DNA of 64,000 bases from the NCBI GenBank assembly GCA_051313645.2, contig JBNRSN020000001.1, positions 560,418,001 through 560,482,000 of the forward strand, read 5' to 3'. The notes under the pieces are model-generated. The model saw only the letters and a list, made by a program, of their open reading frames with translations. It searched no databases and was not told the origin of the DNA. Shown piece after piece: positions 58,091-64,000 of this stretch; positions within the stretch are counted from its first letter, which is position 1; each line of letters begins with the position of its first letter. Made by a program: the position numbers and the translations under genes. The DNA comes from Centroscyllium fabricii. Taxonomy: Eukaryota.

Positions 58091-61000
58091 ATGGAGAGTG
58101 GCGCTGTGAAACCCGAAAAGCTGGATATTAGTCCACAGGATCCAGACGTCGCCAATACGTTTGAACATTGATTCAGCCTTGTTGAGGCTTACATGGCGGC
58201 CGCCAAGGCGACGACCGACGGGAACAAACTCCACGTTCTCTCGTCCAGGATCTCCAGCCGGGTGTACTCCTTCATCCGCGATGCAACAACGTACAAAGAG
58301 GCCGTGGAGAAACTGAAGGCATGCTACGTGCGCCCGGTCCACTCGGTCTATGCCAGACACGTGCTGGCGACCAGACAACAACGGCTCGGTGAGTCTAATG
58401 AACAGTATTTGTTGGCGCTTCAAGCCCTCGCCCGGGCCTGTGACTGCCAGCCACGAATGGCGCAGGAGGAGACGAATCTCGTTCGAGACGCCTACATGAC
58501 GGGGATCAGGTCCAGCCAGGCCCGCCAGCGGTTGCTGGAAAAAGAGACTTTATCGCTGGAGGAGGCAATCTCCATCTCTAACGCGGTGGATGGAGCATGC
58601 CGCAGGCTAGAGACGTATAGCGGCCAAGGCCCACATGCCACCCTCGATTCCTGGGCGGCCCCACGACAGGTCGAGACCCCCACAATGGCAGCGGCAGCTG
58701 CGAAGACGCCGGCGGACAGAAATTGCTACTTCTGCGGCCAGGGACTGCATCCACGAGCGAAATGCCCTGCGAGGACCGCGACCTGCGAGAAATGCAGTAA
58801 AAAGGGACACTATGCCAGGGTCTGCAAATCGGCCGCAGCGCCCAGCTCCAGACACAACAGCACGGCCTGCGAGAGCTCCAACGCCATCCCATGGCCTCAG
58901 GTAAGCTGCTGTTGCAGCGCGACCCAGCAGCGGTCCGGGGGTAGATTACACACCACGCCAAAGACGGCCGCGGCTGGCCATGGGCGACCCCCCAATGCCG
59001 GCATCTCGCCCAGCGCTGCCCGCTGCGTGCGAATCACGGGCGCCGCCAACTCGGCCACCGCGGTCTGCCGCGTGCGAACCACGGGCACCGCCACCGCCAC
59101 CGCGGCCTGCCGCGTGCGAATCATGGGCGCCGCCATCTTGTCTTCAGCGGCCAGCCATGTGCGACCCCCCGGCGCCGCCATCTTGTCTTCAGCGGCCAGC
59201 CATGTGCGACCCCCCCCGGCGCCGCCATCTTGTCTTCAACGGCCAGACATGTGCGACCCCCCGGCGCCGCCATCTTGTCCACCGCAGTCGGCCGCGTGCA
59301 AATCACGGGCGCCGCCATCTTGTGCACGGCCCCAGCTAGCGGAGGGCCCCCACACACGCACACACACTTCGGCCTTAGCCACGGTCGACCAGGCTAGGCC
59401 GCATACCCTATCAAATTCCAGGATGCCGATTAAAGTTAATGGCCATATCACCAACTGCCTGTTCGACACCGGAAGCACAGAGAGCTTCATTCACCCCGAC
59501 ACAGTGCGGCGCTACGGACTGCAGACTCTGCCCACGCACTACCAAATCTCCCTTGCTTCAAAGTCCCACACGGTGGACGTCACTGGCTACTGCTCCGTCA
59601 CGCTCACAGTCAGGGACATCGTGTACCGTAATTTTAAACTGTACATACTCCAGCAGTTGTGCGCCCCAGTCTTACTGGGACTGGATTTCCAGTGCCACCT
59701 GAAGAGCGTGACAATGGAGTTCGGCGGGACCCTGCCCCCCCTCGCCGTCAGTAGCCGGGACAATCCCTTCCTAAAGTGGAGCCCGACTTGCGGCCTATCC
59801 ACCCTGAAAGTCGCCCCCCCCTCGCTGTTCACCAACATCGACCCCAACTGCAAACCCATTGCTATCAAGAGTCGGCGTTACAGTGCGGGGGATCGGGCAT
59901 TTATCAGGTCGGAGGTCGGGCGTATGCTGCAGGAGGGGATAATTGAAGCCAGCACCAGCCCCTGGTGGGCCCAGGTCATAGTGGTTAAGACTGGCGAGAA
60001 ACTGCGGATGATGATCGACTACAGCCAGACCATTAACCGCTACACCGGGCTCGACGCCTACCCCCTTCCCCGCATCTCGGAAATGGTTAACCAGATCACC
60101 CAGTACAAGGTGTTCTCCACAATCGACCTTAAGTCGGCGTATCACCAAGTCCCGATCCGGAAAGCCGACCACCCGTACACCGCCTTCGAGGCGAACGGTC
60201 GGCTCTACCACTTCCTCCGGGTCCCCTTCGGCGTGACCAACGGAGTGTCGGTATTCCAAAGGGAGATGGACCGCATGGTTGACCAGAATGGGTTGCAGGT
60301 CACTTTCCCCTACCTGGACAACGTGACCATCTGCGGCCATGACCAGCAGGACCACGATGCCAAACTGGCCAAATTCCTCCACACGGCGAAATGGCTCGAT
60401 CTCACGTACAATAAAGACAAGTGCGTCTTTAGTACAGATCGGCTCGCCATCCTCGGATATGTAGTGGAAAACGGGGTCCTTGGCCCCGACCCACAGCTTA
60501 TGCGCCCCTTACAGGAACTGCCCTTACCTCACAACCCCAAAGCCCTGAGGAGATGTCTGGGATTTTTCTCCTATTACGCGCAATGGGGTCTCCAGTTTGC
60601 GGATAAGGCCAGACCGCTCCTCAAGGCTGCCCTCTTTCCCCTCTCGGTAGAAGCCCAAACGGCGTTCGCCCAGATCAAGGAAGATATTATCAAGGCAACC
60701 ATGGACGCCGTTGATGATTCCATCCCTTTCCAGGTGGAGAGTGACGCTTCGGACTTTGCCCTTGCCGCCACCCTGAATCAGGCAGGCAGGCCCGCAGCGT
60801 GTTTCTCCTGCACCCTACAGGGACCCGAAACTCGCCACTCTGCAGTGGAAAAGGAGGCCCAGGCCATCGTGGAGGCCGTGCGCTACTGGCGTCATTACCT
60901 GGCCAGTAAGCGTTTTACCCTGCTCACCAACCAACGGTCGGTCGCGTTTATGTTTAACAATAAACAAAAGGGTAAAATCAAGAATGATAAGATCCTGCGG

Positions 61001-62257
61001 TGGCGGATCGAGCTCTCGACTTACGAGTACGACATTCTTTACCGACCAGGCAAACTCAATGAACACCCGGACGCACTGTCCAGGGGAACGGGCGCCAGTG
61101 CCCAGCTGGACCGGCTGAAGGAACTCCACGATCGCCTCTGTCACCCGGGTATCACCAGACTTGCCCATTTCTTTAAATCTCGTAGCCTCCCCTACTCCAT
61201 CACGGAGATCAAGGCTATGACCCGAGAGTGCCCTGTTTGCGCCGAGTGCAAACCCCAATTTTACAGGCCAGACACGGCACACCTCATTAAGGCCACCCGC
61301 CCCTTTGAACGTCTAAGCGTGGACTTCAAAGGCCCCCACCCCTCCACCGACCGCAACTCATACTTCCTCACGGTCGTAGACGAGTTCTCCCGCTTCCCCT
61401 TTGCCTTCCTCTGCCCAGATATGACGAGCGCAATGGTGATCAGACACTTCACCACGCTGTTCGCCATTTTCGGTCTCCCCAGCTACATCCATAGCGACTG
61501 GGGGTCGTCGTTCATGAGCGACGAACTGCGTCAGTTTCTGCTTCAGAAAGGAGTTGCCTCAAGCAGAACGACCAGTTATAACCCCCGGGGGAACGGCCAG
61601 GTAGAAAGGGAGAACGGGATCATCTGGAAGGCGGTCAGCCTGGCCCTGAAGTCCAGAGGCCTTCCAGTGTCCCGTTGGCAGGCAGTCCTCCCAGACGCGC
61701 TCCACTCCATCCGCTCTCTGCTGTGTACGGCTACCAACGCCACACCTCACGACTTGCTGTTTTCATTCCCCAGGAAGTCGACTTCGGGGACAGCACTCCC
61801 ACCGTGGCTCACGATGCCGGGGCCGGTCTTACCTAGAAAACATGTCCGCGGCCATAAGACCGACACCCTGGTGGAAAATGTGCAGCTGCTGCACGCCAAC
61901 CTGAGGTACACCTACATGCAGTTCCCGGACGGGCGCCAGGACACAGTTTCCATCAGGGACCTAGCGCCCGCCAGGAGCACCACAGCAGAGCCCCTGGTCG
62001 AGCCTCAGCCCGACCAGCAACCGCCTACCGACCACTGGCCTTCACACCAACCACAACCCAGATCCTGGCTTAGGCACACGCACACACTAGGGCCCCCGAC
62101 ACTAGCAGCTGAGGACCGAGAACCAGATGCCACACCACAGACACAGCTGCCGGAGGACCCGGCCCCGCCACCACAACCAGCACCAGCGCCGCTACCAGAA
62201 CCACAGCGGTCCTCAAGGCAGACACGACCGCCGGAGAGACTCATTGTGAACTGTTGA
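58091..62257 (+). pseudogene. Element E gag-pol (open from 58193; probable true ATG 58091 with TGA at 58169-58171)
   Basis: MESGAVKPEKLDISP..FEH* (Trp in relatives); zinc knuckles, LFDTGS, YLDN, RNase H, HHCC + DDE. Confidence 0.9.
59125..59325 (+). repeat. ~45-bp tandem repeat in the gag-protease linker of E
   Basis: GGCGCCGCCATCTTGT five times. Confidence 0.9.
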
Positions 62258-62358
62258 GCTGGACTCATACAATAATATATAAAACATTTTTTCTTTCCTT
62301 GCATTAACAGGTTCTGTCCATTCACCCTGCCGGACTCAATCTTCAAAGAAGGGGTGAA

Positions 62359-62640
62359 TGTGGTAATCATGATTACCAGTGTATATAGTTGAGCACACTA
62401 CAGACCAGCGTGTATAGTGGCTGGGTGCATTGTATATAGTTTTGTATAACGACACTGTCGTGAGGTCAGGTCAGCCACACCTCTAACTCCTCCCCTCAGG
62501 TGAGCGCCTTTTTGGTGAGGTCTGACCTGCCCCCATTCATTCTGTACTCAATGTTCGACTGGAGAGTAGCTCCATTGTAAAGTGATTAAAAGCCTCTAGT
62601 TAAGGTAACTACTCGTCTTTGTCTTATTGACGATACGTCA
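62359..62640 (+). repeat. Element E 3' LTR
   Basis: Matches 57784-58065. Confidence 0.95.
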
Positions 62641-64000
62641 TGTGCTTTTGCAGGTTTTTAATGTCCTCCTCACTCATCACACTCCCTCCCATCCTTGTGT
62701 CATCCGCAAACTTTGATATGTTGCACTTGGTCCTTGCGGAACACCACTAGTCAATGACTGCCAGTCTGAGAACGAACCATTTATCCCAACTCTCTGTTTT
62801 CTGTTAGAAAGCCAATCCTCCACCCACGCCAGAATATTACCCCCAACCCTGTGATTTATTATCTTGAGTAATAATCTTTTGTGTGGCACCTTGTCAAATG
62901 CCTTTTGGAAGTCTAAATACACTACCTCCACTGGTTCCCCTTTATCCACCCTATATGTTATCTCCTCAAAGAACTCTAGCAAATTTGTCAAACATGACTT
63001 CCCCTTTGTAAAACGATGCTGACTTTGTCCTATTAAATTATGTTTATCCAAATGCCCTGTAACTGTTTCCTTAATAATGGATTCTAACATTTTGCCAACC
63101 AGAGATGTTAGGCTAACTGGTCTATAATTTCCAGCCTTCTGTCTATTACCCTGTTTAAATAAAGGCGTTACATTAGCAGTTTTCCAATCTGCCGGAACCT
63201 TTGCCGAGTCCAGAGAGTTTTGAAAAATTATTACCAATGCATCCACAATCCCTACCGCCACTTCCCTCAAGACCCTAGGATGTAAGCCATCAGGTCCAGG
63301 GGATTTATCCTCCTTAAGTCCCATAATGTTCCCGAGTACCACTTCCTTAGTGACTTTAATTGTAATTCGCTCCTCCCCCCCTAGAGCCACCTGTTTATCC
63401 AATGTTGGGATATTTTGAGTGTCCTCTACTGTAAAGACTGATACAAAATATTTGTTCAGTGCTTTTGCCATCTCTATGTCCCCTACCATTAATTTCCCGG
63501 TCTCATCCTCTAAAGGACCAACATTTACTTTAGCCACCCTTTTTCTTTTTATGTAACTATAGAAACTCTTGCTATCTGTTTTTATATTTGTTGCTAATTT
63601 ACTTTCATAATCTATCTTCCCTTTCTTAATCAATCTTTTTGTTATTTTATGCTGACTTTTAAAAGCTTCCCGATCTTCTATCTTCCCACTAGATTTTGCT
63701 ACCTTTTTTAACCTTGTTTTTAGTCGGATACTCTCCTTTATTACTTTACTTAGCCACGGATAGCTGTTTTTTCTTTTACACCCTTTTTTCCTCAGTGGAA
63801 TAAATTTTTCTTGAAAGTTGTAAAATAACTCCTTGAATACACACCACTGATCATGTACCGTCTTACCCTTTAATCTGTTTTCCCAGTCCACCTTAATCAG
63901 TTCCGCTCTCATACCATCATAGTCTCCTTTATTTAAGCTCAGTATGCTTGTTTGAGATCCAACCCTCTCACCCTCTAATTGAATTTGGAATTCAACCATG
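62641..64000 (-). mobile_element. CR1 LINE ORF2 middle part (runs off window edge)
   Basis: KSPGPDGLHPRVL, NYRPVSLTS, YLDFQKAFDKVPH, GVPQG; deletion near 62733. Confidence 0.93.

Larger units (their letters stand above)
57784..62640 (+). mobile_element. Element E: Ty3/Gypsy LTR retrotransposon (self-complementary-PBS, YLDN lineage)
   Basis: 282-bp LTRs (~10 differences); perfect TSD TGTGC; PPT AAGAAGGGGTGAA. Confidence 0.95.

Noticed and set aside
62258-62358. env gene or chromodomain in elements B-F
   Set aside because: Only a short gap separates pol from the 3' LTR, and the integrase C-termini are Pro-rich with no chromodomain motif

Overview
Vertebrate, almost certainly cartilaginous-fish (shark/ray-type), genomic DNA made almost entirely of nested transposable elements; no host gene could be supported with confidence. 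It holds six near-full-length Ty3/Gypsy LTR retrotransposons: one CsRn1-like element A (3138-7215) with a tRNA-Trp PBS, and five members B-F of another lineage (8190-12832, 16782-31025, 21089-25606, 26290-30965, 57784-62640). It also holds three related solo LTRs, many CR1/HER1-type LINE pieces, L2, RTE and Penelope remnants, V-SINEs, a Deu-type SINE, a broken autonomous Harbinger and several Harbinger, hAT and Tc1/pogo-type MITEs. Main finding: none of B-F has a tRNA PBS. In each, the 12-15 nt after the 5' LTR are the reverse complement of that element's own LTR poly(A)-signal region, and the pairing co-varies between elements, pointing to self-priming and/or poly(A) occlusion. The same five elements share a non-canonical YLDN reverse-transcriptase motif and have hairpins at the PPT; most of their LTRs also start with a hairpin. 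All coordinates and counts were read by eye; family names are recognition by motif, not database results.
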